Below are positions 50,280-63,861 of a stretch of DNA of 64,000 bases, piece by piece (positions within the stretch are counted from its first letter, which is position 1; every line of letters starts with the position of its first letter). The translations under genes and the position numbers were made by a program. Source of the stretch: Podarcis gaigeae (lineage: Eukaryota). The stretch lies in assembly GCA_964106915.2 (NCBI GenBank), contig OZ066918.1. The stretch is one strand, 5' to 3'. The notes below the pieces were generated by a model. It was not told the DNA's origin. It ran no database searches and saw only the letters and a program-made list of their open reading frames with translations.

Positions 50280-52377
50280 AAGTTCACATGTAATGCTAAG
50301 CAAAATCATGGCTCAGCTCCTGGTAGCAAAGCAGCAAACAGGAGGAGAAGCAAAGTGGCTGTGTTTTTTGCTCTGTGTACCTACATGTTTGAGCGTACAT
50401 TGCTTATGTGTGGTTTAGCTTAGCATTATGTGTGAACAGGGCCTTTGACTTTACTATGTAAACATGATCAAGTGAATTTGTCCTTGGATTTAGAGCATAC
50501 CAAAGCAGGTTATGCAAGTGACTTATTTATTAAACTTAACAAATATTTGCGAACAACAGTGCAAAGTTAAAAAACAACAGCTTCAAACTCCGAAGGGAAA
50601 AAGTTACTAGTTTTATAGTGGCAGGCAGGGGAAAGACTCAGACCACTCTGTAGATGTGTTTTTTCTGTCTGATCAGCTAGCAAATGTTGGCTGTCAACCG
50701 AGCTATATGATTTTGCTAGGCTGAGATCAAATGCATAATAGCGGGTGTCAAGAAAGAAGCAACACACCTGTGCCCATCCTATAATTTTTTTCACAGCAGT
50801 AAAACGTTTTTTCAAACTCAAATATAATTAATGATACTGATTTTTTTTTAAGCTTTAAAAACAGAAACTGGCCTCTGTAGAGAAAGGGAAACACTGAAAA
50901 TATTGCTTGAAGCACACTTGAGTGTTGTGAAAATAATGCATGATGCTGCGGGAGGAGGAGGAGGAGGAGAGAGAATAAGGAGAACCTATGAATTTCTAGC
51001 AATGTTGCCCAGCTCCAGTTTTACCATTGCAGTTTCTACCATGGGATATTTGGATTAAAGGTTGTGATTACTGGTCTTTTGGAAGGGCCTGGAGGTTTAT
51101 CACCAAGCTGCCTGCCTGGGACAGTTTCAGGGCATAAAATGGATACAGCAATTTACAAATCCTGCAGTTTTGTCTGCATCAAGATTTCCATTATTGACAG
51201 TTCTCTCCCAAAACATGCTAAAAGGAGGGTGTGGAGAAACAAACAACAAGAATAAAATCTACACAAAAATCTACACCACACTTACAAACCTCAAGCCAAC
51301 TGTAACTGAAAAAAGGGAGGGATGGTAAAATAGAAATATCCTATTTGGAACCAAGAGCAGTAATGACAATAACAAAGCGGTCTCAAATCCAGTTTCTCAC
51401 AAACAGGTGATAAGCTTGAGTGGCTTATGAGTAGAAAAAACAAATAGAAAAATGGAGTTCAGATATGAATTTGCAAATTCAAATACTTCAAAACTGAAAT
51501 TATGAAGATGGCATATTTTTTGAGACAACATGATGAATACCGGTACTTTATTTTATTTATTTCAACCCCCTATTTCTTTTTCAGACACAATTTTATTAAG
51601 TTCCTGTGTATTGTTCTAGGAGATTTCCAAATTCAGTTCAGATACTTTGAATATTCTTTGTTTGTTACAGAACAGTGAAAAGAAAGTTGCAAAAACATAA
51701 ACGTTGAGAGTCATTAATGGCAAAACAACAGCTTAACAGCTGAAGCCAGGCATAACAGACACACATCTGAAAACAACATCCCGATTCCTGAAGCTCAGTT
51801 CAAGCACAGATAAAAATTAAAATATTCCACATCTTCACTGATTGATTTCTAGCCTAACATTATGTTTGTCAAAACATAATACAGACACAATTACTGATAT
51901 CATATGTTAATTCATTCACACCGTAAGAGTAAAGAATATGGTGGAAAGCAGGCAAAAAATGGGATTGTTTCATCAGTAATTGGTCTCCTTATATTAATTT
52001 TTGTAAATATAATCTTTTATTTTAAAATTCAGAACTTTTCAAGATACTGTGAGTCTTAGGGTTCTTTTGCTGTTTGATTTTATGTCAATATCTGTTTAGA
52101 TGTTGTTTTTATTGACTTGTGTGTGTTCTACAAATATATAAACTTTTTTTAAAAAATAGACTCACAGAACATTTTAAAATGGGATTGTAGAAGAGGTTGC
52201 ATGCAAAAATGATATGGTTTATCAACAGATGTTATGAAAAGAGGAACTGTCTTTAATGTTCTACTGTGAAAGTCTAACACTTTATAGCTTGGATTGAGTG
52301 CCAGGAAGATTGTCACCTGGCCAATTCCTCTAACTTTGCAATCATGCTTGTTCTACAAGAACTCCTTATGGACTCAC

Positions 52378-52456
52378 CTGACACAATTGTGTAGCCAATA
52401 CCTCTGGGACGTCCCTTGTCCTGGTCGATTGCTGTTATCATACGCACAGTTGTACC
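52378..52456 (-). CDS. CDH23: Cadherin-23 coding exon, 79 nt (EC3; approx. human exon 9)
   Basis: ccacag|GGT...TCAG|gtgagt. Encodes GTTVRMITAIDQDKGRPRGIGYTIVS+G, phase 0 to 1. Not in the ORF track. Confidence 0.97.
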
Positions 52457-53567
52457 CTGTGGACCACAAAGGAAAGAGGAAAAAAAGAGGATTCCAGTTT
52501 TGCAGGCACTGTGGAATTTGTTTCCGTGTCATTTATCATTCTCGCTGGGCAGTTCCCCACTGCATACCCTTGCAATTTGTTTCATAATTCCTAACTTCAA
52601 ACATGCTAAATAGTCCTTGTGAACGGATCCAATGGCAAGCCCAGCTTGTCTAAAGAGAGCATGGGCAAGTCAGCAGTAGATGCTGAAATTGCTTATCTTA
52701 CTTAATTTAATCATGAGCTATTTGGGAGGTGCTCAAGGACTACAAAAAGCATCTTGCTGGATTTCCAGAGCAAACTCCCGCAGCTAATGGTATCCAAGTC
52801 TTCCACTCCTACACACCTTTTGTACTAAACCTCAGTCTTGACCTGCAACCCTCAAAATGACACTAACCGAACATGACCCATGGGGCATCCATGTTCTTGT
52901 GGGGCAGGCATGAGAGGAATTGAATGGTGTCTTTTGTTTTGAAAAGTGTACGTGGATGCTCCAACACCATTTCCTTTGTCACTTATCATGAGTCCAAGGA
53001 GCTGGAGCTGAAGTTAGGTCACCAAGGTGAATGTGGCTATTAGTGACAGAGCTTTGCTTCTGATTTGGGTCACTTACTCCTGGGAGCTGAAACAAAGAAA
53101 TCCCAAACAGAGGCTATGAGAGGCAGGTACAGATCTAAAATGCACAAGCAACTTATAGACTCTACCTCATTTTTTGCTGCTTCTGAAAAGAACAGTGAGT
53201 TGTTTATTTTACTATGATGAGTTGCTCCATAATAACTGTCTAAGCTTGTAGTTCCACACATCAAATTTTGCACGGTAATCATTTTATACTATTGCCAACG
53301 ACGTACAACTTGGAGAGATACTCCTATACCCCCTTCCCCAAACTAAAATTAGTTTCTCCATTATTCTTTGAATGAAGCAGCTCTGTCAAGTAAGTAACCA
53401 AGACTTCCTGGTCCTTCCCCCCCCCCCCCCGCTGCCACCTCCTGTCTCCATTGAAAAGTTACACTCCTTCAATAAAATGGACAACAAAAGTCAACTGCAA
53501 GTACATCTGAAATTCCTCACTTTGAACAGCCAGTCTCCGTTTCTTCCTAAGGAGTAGGATATTGGTT

Positions 53568-53650
53568 AGAGCTGCCTTGAACAACCTGGTGCCTTCCATA
53601 TGTTTTGGACTACAACTCTCTTCAGCCCCAGATTGGTACCAGGTTGGTAA
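53568..53650. mobile_element. Short MITE fragment (ggactacaactc family)
   Basis: gtgccttccatatgttttggactacaactc. Related copies at about 61430-61520 and, in reverse, at about 27940-27990. Confidence 0.55.
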
Positions 53651-56600
53651 AGTCTGGGTGAAAAGGTCAGTCAAAGGGTGCATAGAGAAGGAGAATTATG
53701 ATTCCAACCCAGAACCCCTAGTTTTAAGCCTTCAGCTATGGTGTGTTGCATACTACTCAAGATAGTCTTCATTCATGTGGCTAGGATCAGAATGAAACTT
53801 CATACAGGGCTCCGTAATGGTTATGGAGCTTCAAGCAACCACCTGCATCGAAAGGCAGCTCTGGATGTGTAATAGGGAAACTATCCACAATGGGTAAGGG
53901 AACAGGGAAGGCCGCACTTACATGGTGGCATGTGTAGGCAAGAACACCCTCCATCTACAGATCAGAGTTATTGAACTAGAGCCTTCTTTTCCCCTTAGCC
54001 TCTACATCTTTCAGCATAAAAGCTATGAATTTTCTCCTAAGGTCATGGTTACTCAACAAATGCCCATATTTACACACATAATAATAATTAATGTAGTGTG
54101 AACATATTTTATGGCTTTAGGCTGTTCTGCTTTCCTTTGTTTATTGAGACCCAGGGAAAAGAGGTGTCCATTTTGCCCTCAGGAAAAAAAAATGCCAACT
54201 GTGGCATTTGCAGTCTAATGAGACAGCAAGAACACACATCTGCCTTGGCAGCAGCAAACTAACATTGTAATTCATCAGATGAAGGCCGAAGGTCAGACAG
54301 AGTTGCTTCACTTCTATCTCTTATCCAAATACCTTATTAGCCCCATTTTTCTTCATAAGTACTTTTAGACAGCCAGTTATTTGTTTTTTTAATCTTGGCA
54401 TTGTGTAAATTGGTGCAATCGACAGAAATAGCTACTTCTAATAGACAAATATAAATACACCTGAAGTCTAACAATTTTCCTGACAAATGAGAAAGATATA
54501 GCTCAGTTATCTCAGTTATAGGCAGAAAACCTGCATTCAAATGGAGGCATTTTCAAACACATTTTCTCACAAAATATGCATTTCTAAAGGTATTTTATCC
54601 TTAAAATGAAATTCTATATACATTTTGGTATGTTTTTTTGAGGCAGATATGCAAGATCTGAAGAATAACCATATTTTGGTCAGCATATTAGTAGCATCTC
54701 TAACACACACAACACATACATTGTATTTTATACATGTATATAAGCACACTTGCATATGAAAAAATAAATGTGTTAAAAAGGTAATTTTTAAAAATCTATA
54801 TGAACACTTTTGACAGTCCTTAACCATGCATTGCCATGAATAAATCTAACACAGAGAGGTGACGGTTACTCACTAGCAGCAACAAAACAAATCCATTTTG
54901 TAAGTGCTATTAAAACCTACAGTTTCATATTGGGCTCCTTCAATACTATAGATACAGAAAACTATTTTTCAAAATGTTGTGCTGAAAGTTCTTTGAAGCC
55001 ATAGACTGTATTCCAGGCATTTCAGAAGACACTTTACGAATGTGTTCACATTAATCTGAAGACATTAACTATAAATCCTTGGTAACTGACCTTTGAATAA
55101 AATACTGTGCTACAGCCATGCTACTAACGGAAGGGAGAGTGTCTAAATCATCAACAATGATTATGTTTTCCAAGCCAGTAAATACAGCTAAAGAGGCTAC
55201 AGGTCACTTACATTTACCATCACTCCTTAGTCTGGCAAGCTAGTTTAGTCAAAATTTAACGTACCTCAACAGCAGAGTACATTCCTTTAAATGCATGAAT
55301 TCCTGCATTCAGTTCCTGCCATCTCCAGCTACAGCACCTCAGGTAGCAAGTCTGAGAAACCATTTTCCTAGGATCCTGAACATCCATTGCCAAGTACAGT
55401 CTACTTTAGCAGTTGGACCAGTCATCAACTATTTCTGTATAAGGCAGCTCCTCATATTTGCATACACAAACCATTTCCACCATCTTCCTCAGTTTTTAAA
55501 AGCTATTTTTTAAGCAAAATGTTTAGTGCCGTCATATACAGCACTCAGTTCTGGATAGCCCCTCTATAGCTAACTACTCAGTTTAGCCACAATAGCCTTC
55601 AGAACACTGTCATGAACTAAGTTTATATACTGACATGCAAAGGCATTGGAATCCCCCAGTCCAAGGCTTAGCTGTTTTGCAAAAGCAATTAGTTCTCTGT
55701 GGAATCATTTGCCTCTTCGTAAGCAAACAGCAAATGTTCCAACAGATCAAAATTACTCAATTCTCATGCTTACTTTTGATGCGAGATACTCACCGTAAGA
55801 TTATTTCATTTTAATGTACTGGTTTAATGACAAATTCTTATAAATGCACCCTGAATAGTAGCAGCTGCTACATGTCATGTAAGATGAAAGACTTGAGAAA
55901 GCACAAGACCTCTGACCTGATCAGGGGTACACTCTGCTAAATGAAAAGCGAACATGGTACTCATGACTTAGGATAGATTCAGGCAGTTGAATTTCCTTAT
56001 AGCAAGAGTAGGGAACTTCTAGCACATAGGACTTCAGTTAGCCTCTTCCAGCACCCCAGCACAGTGTTTCCAAACGCCTCCCCTTCTACAGTCTTGTTTT
56101 TCCTGCTGCTGAGTTGACCTCTCCTTGGGTGACCTCTCCTCTTCATGGTCTCCCCTCTGCTGCACAGCAGACTGGCAGGCAACACCTGAGTAGCAGGGAA
56201 GCAGGGGTGGGGGTGGGGGGCTGGCTGCAGAGTCCTGCTGTCAATTACTCTCTTCCTAGAAGCCAAGCAATCTGCCAGTTAAGACACAGCTCTCTACATT
56301 TGATGGGAACGGTATGTGTCTGCACATGAATGGATTTCAATGTGTGCACTGTATCCTTTTTTTTAAGAAACCAATAATTTATAGAAGCAAACGTTTGATT
56401 TCTCCTGTATTTATCATTATTTGATTATGTATACTTGCTTTTAAGCTTTGATTTGTCTACTTTTGATAAATATTTCACACCATCTTATGTATATTGCTTA
56501 GATATTCTTAAATTTTGATTAAATGGTCCATATCTTCTTTAAAAATTTTTTTATTAAGAAAACTATTAGAAGATTCACACAATCAAGATCAGATGTTATA

Positions 56601-58729
56601 TTATGAATAGATTATATAGTAATCAAATTATACAAACAATTATCTATTTGTATTACCTATCCGTTATCATATGAGCAGCTTTATATCTCAAAATATTGAA
56701 AATCCAAATTTTGTTGGTGGGGGCAGTAAGTTCCTTACTAACAAAAGGATTCCATTTACCATGAAAAGCAAATATTATATTTCTACAGCAAATGGTCTCT
56801 AGTCTTTGAATATAAGGGCTTTTCCCCAAAATGAGTTAATTCTCTTAAATTGTGGTTATCTTTATGATATTTTCAAATATCTTGTTTGGAGATATTCAAG
56901 CCATGAGGATGATTTAGACCCTCATTCATCTTTGAATACACCTGAAGAACCTTCTTGCTTTCAATAGTTTAATGCTTCTACGCATTCCCAGTTCTATATG
57001 ATCTACGACTGATTTCAACGGGGAGCGATTTGGGCTTAAGGACATCTTGCAATGACCCCAAATTTTCAACCAACTGGAAAGAATCCGAGTCTACATAAAG
57101 ATTTGAAAATGGCAGAGAACAAACTAATGCGCAGGAAAAGAAATAATTCTGCATAACACAAGATTTAGTGATCCCATCCCCAACGTGCTACCCTTTAATT
57201 TGTAATTCCCACGGGAGAGACATGAAGTTCTGGCATCTCATTTGTAAACTAAAGTGCTCCTACATTCCAAAAGCGCTGGGTGAAACCATGGCCTATCTGA
57301 CAGTTCACTCATCACTTGTCAAAAGAGAGAGCATAGCTTAGAATGGTAAGTGTCAAAAACCGTGCGGCACATTTCAAAAGGAAGGCAGCTGCTGAGCAGG
57401 GTGGGTTTAGTGATGGCGCAGGAATAGCAAATGGTTTGTAAATATTTATGGGGCAGCTTTACCCTAACAAGCCAAACCTTTTGTGGCCTCCATGTGTTAT
57501 GATCACAGGCAGAAATAGCTTAGTACTCTTGGTTCGCATTGTAAAGGAGAAAGGGCTTTCCTCTCTGAAGGACCATTGTGTTGAATCCAAGGTCATCGAC
57601 AAAGGGTACATATATTCATATATCAAGGAACAGTGTGATCCTGTGCATGACTCCTCAGAAGTAAATCCCATTGAGTTCAAAGGGGCTTCCTTCTAAATAA
57701 GGGAATGCAGGACTGGGGTCTTATTTGTGCTCCCAAAGAGGGAAAAATAAGAACTGGGAAAGTGCACCAGTTCTCATTTACACCTGGACACCTGGTAGTG
57801 TGAAAAGTAGATTGGTAGGCAACTCACACAATGTCCATCAGGACTTCATCTTAATATGAAGCAACCCTTGGTTTCTCTGGGTCTTATCTGTATTCAGGTT
57901 TGCTTTTGAAAACAAAAGGGAACCCCGGTCATTACAATTATTTTTCTGAGAATATTCTGTATATCATCATCTGCTGCTTACCTGCTACTCAGCAGAGCAA
58001 GTGGCTATGCAGAAAGGCTGCAGATAACAATAGTTTTGAACAGGAACACAGGAAAACCCTTCCCTCACAAGGCACAAATGAAAGGGAGACATTGTCGAAC
58101 CTACTAAACTCTTCTGCTAAAATAATACACATCTGCTTTTAAACAGAATATATATATATATATTCTTCACCATCTTCTTTTTCCAGTGAAAGGGAGATGA
58201 TCTATTATAGATCTATTATAGATCCCCTTTAATAAAATGTTGAGCTTCTAATAAAACACTCACAGGTAGACTAAAATATTATAAGGAGGAATTAACCGAG
58301 GCACACTGAGCCTCTGGGGCAGTGACAGCACAAATCAACCCTGTTTCTTTAACACGATGTTCTTTCTTAAATGAGGACCTGGAGGAAGATGTTATCTACT
58401 TGTTATAGGGGCAGCTGCTAGGCCAGAATTAAAACACCCACTGTGATCACAAAATCTATAAGGGTGTATATATGAACCAGGCCCCCAGCTTTCCCCCTTG
58501 CAGATTAAAGTCCTGGGACAGCAAACTGAGGGCGTTTTCTGTTGTGGACTCAAAATTTTGCAAGGGAACAATTGCTTAACTGGTTGGTTTTTCATTGAAA
58601 CAGGAACCACCGAATTGTAAAAGGAAACCAGTGCCTTCGTAATGGAATTGATGCTGTCCATCGATTGTCAACACTCCTATGCTACAATGCAGAGTTGTGC
58701 CACTGTCACTAAGGATAACCTACAGGACA

Positions 58730-59220
58730 ATGCTGGTTTAAGGTGTTACTATGAAGGTGTTACTACTCTAAACCACCTTAACAGCTTGCGACCAGTTTTC
58801 TTGCAGGGTCACCTTACCCTAAATAGGATCACTCAGCTGCCTCAATCTGCAGAATGGGAACTGTTACAGGTGCCACATAATAACTCATTCTACACTCGTA
58901 ATGAATCGATCTTTTCGTGTAGCAGCACCTACACTCCTGCCTATTGGCATTGTGCAGGCACCTTCGCTGTACACTTTCTGGCACCTGCTTAAAACATTTT
59001 GTTTAGGCAAGTCTACCCAGACATGCAGAAGCTACATGCACTTTATTAGTTTTTAGCTACCATTGCTTTTAACTTTCCTTTTAATATTTTTAAATAGCTG
59101 TTTTTAACTTTTTAAAAAATTAGTAACTTTAATGTTTTATTTTATACTTTTATAAACTTCTCAAGGGGCTTTCTTACAACCGAGCAGTATATAAATTCTG
59201 TTAATCAGTCAATCAATCAA
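58730..59220 (+). mobile_element. Decayed L2-like LINE 3' fragment
   Basis: Decayed FKVL...LNSL-type coding remnant, then ctgcttaaaacattttgtttaggcaag and a T-rich 3' UTR ending in (ATCA)n. Confidence 0.5.
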
Positions 59221-60195
59221 TCAGTTTATTTGCTTGGACACAGTGTACGTGCACATGCATGCATTGGGTTTACACAAGCAGAATCGGAGTTGTATAGCCC
59301 TCAGAATATTTTAAGAAAGAAGGCACATGCAGATAAATAGCTTGCAATGACTCTCCCCACTTTCCTGTCTGTTATATCATGTTTAGGGGGGAAAGGGGTC
59401 ACCAAGGGCACATGAAAAGTGTTTTTGTGTTACACCACAATATACTTGTTCTATAAAAATGAAACTATAGCATTCCTTCCTTCCTTTCTTCTATTATAGG
59501 ATTAAGGACTTAAAAGGCAAACTGGAACCCCATATCGCAGGAGGAGGAGCTGGGGGTGGGGAGGGGAAGAGAAGGGTGCTGAAGAAAGCCGCCACAGCAG
59601 ATTCCAGAGGCAAGAAATCCTATTTCGCACTCCTTAATTCCAGTCAAAGGGCTGATAGGAATCTGCTTGCAGTAATTTGCTGCAGTTTATCCAGTTCTTT
59701 TCCTTCTGTCGGCTCTTCAGTGACAGGCTGGGTGACATGCTGTTACTCGAGTGAGGAAATTAAAATTTGATGCAATAATCCCAAAAAGGAGGATTTTATT
59801 AGGTAATGTATAAAGTTTTAGATTAGGCGCTCCTGCTTGATACATAGATAGAAAAAAATCAGGCACGCTGCGCACCACTGATAAACAGAGAAAGAAATGT
59901 AAGTAGACAGACCAAGAACAATTGCTGGAGTCCTTTCCTGACCTTTGTACAGCTTATTAAATCAGCATAAGAAGGAGCACCTTTCATGTATGAGAGGCCT
60001 GCATGTGCAACAGGAGCAGATAACCATATGAAAACAGAAAAAGGCATGCAGACCTTCAGATTTTAGCATCGGAAATCCAGTAGCAACCAATGTGTCAGGG
60101 AAGAGCCATGGAGCCACCCTGCTTACACCACCAGCAGCAGTAGCCATGGTGAATTAGGGCTATGTGAATACACCAGGTGGAGCATCAGATTGGTA

Positions 60196-60343
60196 CAGTG
60201 GTACCTCCGGTTGTGAACAGGATCTGTTCTGGAAGTCCGGCCGGATCCTGAGGTTTTAGCAACTGGAGGCAGTCGCCGGGTTTGCCGCTTTCACAAGCTG
60301 AAGTTTATGTTACCCGAGGGTAACATAAATCGAGGTGCTACTG
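60196..60343. mobile_element. Tc1/mariner(Tigger)-type MITE, copy 3 (reverse orientation, internally deleted)
   Basis: TA|cagtggtacctc...gaggtgctactg|TA. Confidence 0.85.
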
Positions 60344-62670
60344 TACTTAACAAGCTGTCTTCTATCAGACCATTGTAGCTCAGTAGTGTCTACACAGACT
60401 GGCAGCACCTCCCCAGGTTTCCAGGCAGGTATCCCTCCCAGCCCCACCTGAAGATGCCAGAGATTGGACATGGGACCTTCTGAAGGCAAAACAGATGCTC
60501 TCCCATCAACCTATGACCCTTCCCTGATTCACTACCACTCAGGTAAACTGTGGTGATGCTGGAGTCAGGAGTGCGGCTCTGCCCAAGCATACTAGGAAAA
60601 TCCATTTATGACAAGGTGCATCATCCAAATTCAATGTTGGTATATACGTGTACTGCATGCACTTCACCATGGCAAGTTCTCTATACAACACACGTAATGT
60701 AGTAGGTCAGGATAGAAATGGCACACCAGTGATTTTAGACATTTCTATTGCACTCGTAAGCTTTAAATACTTATGCTCATGTAGTATGTATTGAGACTAC
60801 AATGTCAAAAGCGGTCCAGATAAAAATTATCTGCAAGCTATTTCATTGCTGCTTAAAAAAGAAAGAAAGCACCCTCCCACTGATTATTTCTAGATGAAGG
60901 GAACCAATAAAGCCTCATAATTTGAGTGAAAATTATTCATTAGTGTTTCTGGATATGTTTTACATCTGTCCACTATTCTAAGAAGCACTGAGCCAATTAG
61001 GTTGCAGAAAGTATTGGCCAGAGATACAAGCAAATCCCTTGGAGATATGAAAGCATTCAAAGAATATTGAGAGGGAAGACAGATAAAAATAATAATTCAA
61101 TGCTGTTGTTTTGACGTGAGTTGGGTTGTTTTTTTTTTTTGTCAGGCTGAGAACAAGAGAGGCAAATGTCAGCATGCACAAGCAATTTTATGTTCCTCTG
61201 TGCTCTCTCTATTGACTTCCCAAACAGTTCCCTAGAGGAAAAATACATGTCATTGTACATCCTCAATCCATCAGTCATATAGAGGACCTTCTCTGAACAT
61301 TTACCTGTTTAACAGACTCCAAATGACAACAGAGAACATGATGTGGAAATCAGACAGTATAAACTCAGTATACCCTAAGAAGAAATGCACTGGGTCAGAA
61401 TTCTTATTCTCACATTAATTCCTTTAGACTAGGGCTAGCAAAGTGACCCCCACTTGAGGTCGTTGGACTATAACTCCCCTGACCCCTGACTCTGGCTGCA
61501 GTTGATGGGAGTTGGCTTTACCTGCTTTAGACTGCTATTTGAGTCAAATTAGGTAGGGGGAAAGACAAATTAAGGTCTCATATATATAAACTCGAAGACT
61601 GTATTCTTAAGAAATATTTGTATTTCACGTTAGACACAAATCCTCTCCAGGGCTCCCCCTGCCCCACTACAATGTCCTGTGTAAAAAAGTCTGCTACTTG
61701 ACATTAATTGTTATGTATGTTACCGAAAGTGTCAATAGAAAAGGACCATTTAGTTCCAGACACTGCTATATTGTCATTTAATTTGAGAGATATTCCTTCT
61801 ACAGGCACAAGGTCATGCAGTGAAGGTGATCCAGTACATAATCTCAGATGCTAGTGGGGATTTCCATTTCTGTAATACCATATCATTCTTCTTTCCTTCT
61901 TGTTATTAATGTACTAGGCAGGATTTTTTTCCACCTCCTCTACTGCTTATATTGTCTCATGTGAAGGAAAGCTTTAATATAAAATCTGGAACGATGTGTG
62001 TGCAGTCCCTACAACCATCTGTATTAATCAGTGACTTCGCTCTTCTCCAGCTACTTATCAGCCTTTTAAGTTAAGATCAAGTGCTTTATTGGTCAAATAT
62101 TTAACACACCCTTTATTAAGGAAGGAAAGTAATAATTTTCTGTAAGAGGTCCAGAATCACTTATATTTACAACATCAGCAGCTGTGGTACCTTCTTCTAG
62201 CTTTCACAGTTCTGAGTTGGTACATGTTTGGATAGTGAACAAATGTTTCTGCATTATTCAGAAGTGAATACTAACAAAAATAATTACTTTGCACATATCA
62301 ACAACTGAGCCACTTGTCTCACACTGGTTTCTCCCTAACAGAGTCCCATCCGGAATGGAGAAATCACTCTCTCTCCTGTATTCCCCCTTTAACAATTTTG
62401 TAGTCCTGTACTGTATTCCAGTACTCTACAAATCTATGTTCAAATCAGATGTAAAAAAAATAACAAAAGATGTCCCCTCCCATCTTTGAAAGTATTGCAC
62501 CTAGTTTGCCTTGTTCTGATATCTGCTTCCTCTTCTCTCTGTTCCAGTTCCCACTTCCACTTCTTAATACAAAAAAACTGCAGACAAAAGAAGATTCAAT
62601 TGGGATTATGTGGGAGACGTTCTCAATAGCTCTCTTAATCCCTAACAAGATGCCGATCTAAAGCTCTTAC

Positions 62671-62799
62671 CGGAGGAGAGTTCTCATAGATGTTTGTACT
62701 GTATGGCAGGTTGATGAAGATTGGGTCCATATCTTGCACATCTGTGATGGTGATCGCTAGATTGGCCAAAGTAGAAAGTGGTTTGGTTTTATCTTGGTC
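62671..62799 (-). CDS. CDH23: Cadherin-23 coding exon, 129 nt (EC2/EC3 linker; approx. human exon 8)
   Basis: tttttaag|GAC...CCG|gtaaga. Encodes DQDKTKPLSTLANLAITITDVQDMDPIFINLPYSTNIYENSPP (43 aa) with Ca-binding DxD and DVQDMDP motifs. Confidence 0.97.
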
Positions 62800-62935
62800 C
62801 TTAAAAATGAAAAGAGGAAAAATATTGAAAGAGAATTAAATAGAAAACAATTAAAACCATTTCCCTTTAACATCTTTTCATTGCTGTCTCCTACAGCAAA
62901 GTTCTAGCTGTAGAAATGAACCTAAAAGCTGCCAT

Positions 62936-63690
62936 ATTTATTACAATTATGATTTACCCATCCTTCACCCTATGGCCCCAGGGCAGGTTACAACAATTAA
63001 AACACAATGTTAAAATTCATTTAAAACAATTTACAATCTCAAAAACAAAGTGGGTCTATATGGTGTCAAAAGACAGGCCACAGACATGCATATTCAGCAT
63101 TTCCTGGAGGTGATATAACAAAGACGCCAGACACATTTCAGTGGGGAGGGAGTTCCACAATTTCGGGGCTGCCACAGAGAAGACCCTCTCCTGCCCCTGA
63201 GCTTCTGATGGTGGTAGAACAACCAAGAGGCCCCTTTTGCCAAACTTAACACCAGAGGGGGTCTGTAGGCAAGGAAGTTGTATTTCAGGTATTTGGGACC
63301 TGAGTCATTCAGGGCTTTATACATGAACATGAGCACCTTGAATTGGGCCCAGAAAGAAACTGCCAATCAGTGCTACAGTTTTCGGATCGGGGTTTAAGCG
63401 AAATCTAAGCAGAACTCCAGATAGTAATCCGACTGCTGCAATTTTGGGCCAACTGCAGTTTGCAAGTCATCTTCGACGGCAGCCGTATGTGGAGCACACT
63501 GCAATAATTTAGTCTGGGAGTTACTAGAGCATGGAGTGCAGTGGCCAAGCCACTTCTGTTCAAAAGGGCTGGAGCTGGGGAAAATCACTCAAAGCCACTG
63601 CAGTGGCCTACATCTCCAGTGACAGGGTAAAATCCAGGAGCACCCCAGCTGCGAACTTGCTCCTTCCAGGGGGAGTGCAACCTGCAGCCC
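62936..63690 (-). mobile_element. L2-clade LINE 3' fragment in the intron between the first two CDH23 exons
   Basis: ORF 63094..63366 contains VSFWAQFKVLMFMYKALNDSGPKYLK, a typical L2 ORF2 C-terminal motif. An upstream frameshifted remnant resembles VTxRL...KLQLVQN. Confidence 0.8.
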
Positions 63691-63861
63691 CGCCTCTCAA
63701 ACCTGAGAACTTGGGACACATAACACCTCTGTCTTTTCAGGATTCAGCTTCAATTCATCCAGCCCATCAGATAATGGCAGTGTGAATGGAAGATCTAGTC
63801 TCCTTGCTGCAGATGCTTAAGATTTGTCTAGAACAAAAGAAGCAGGAAGCCTCCTACTCAC

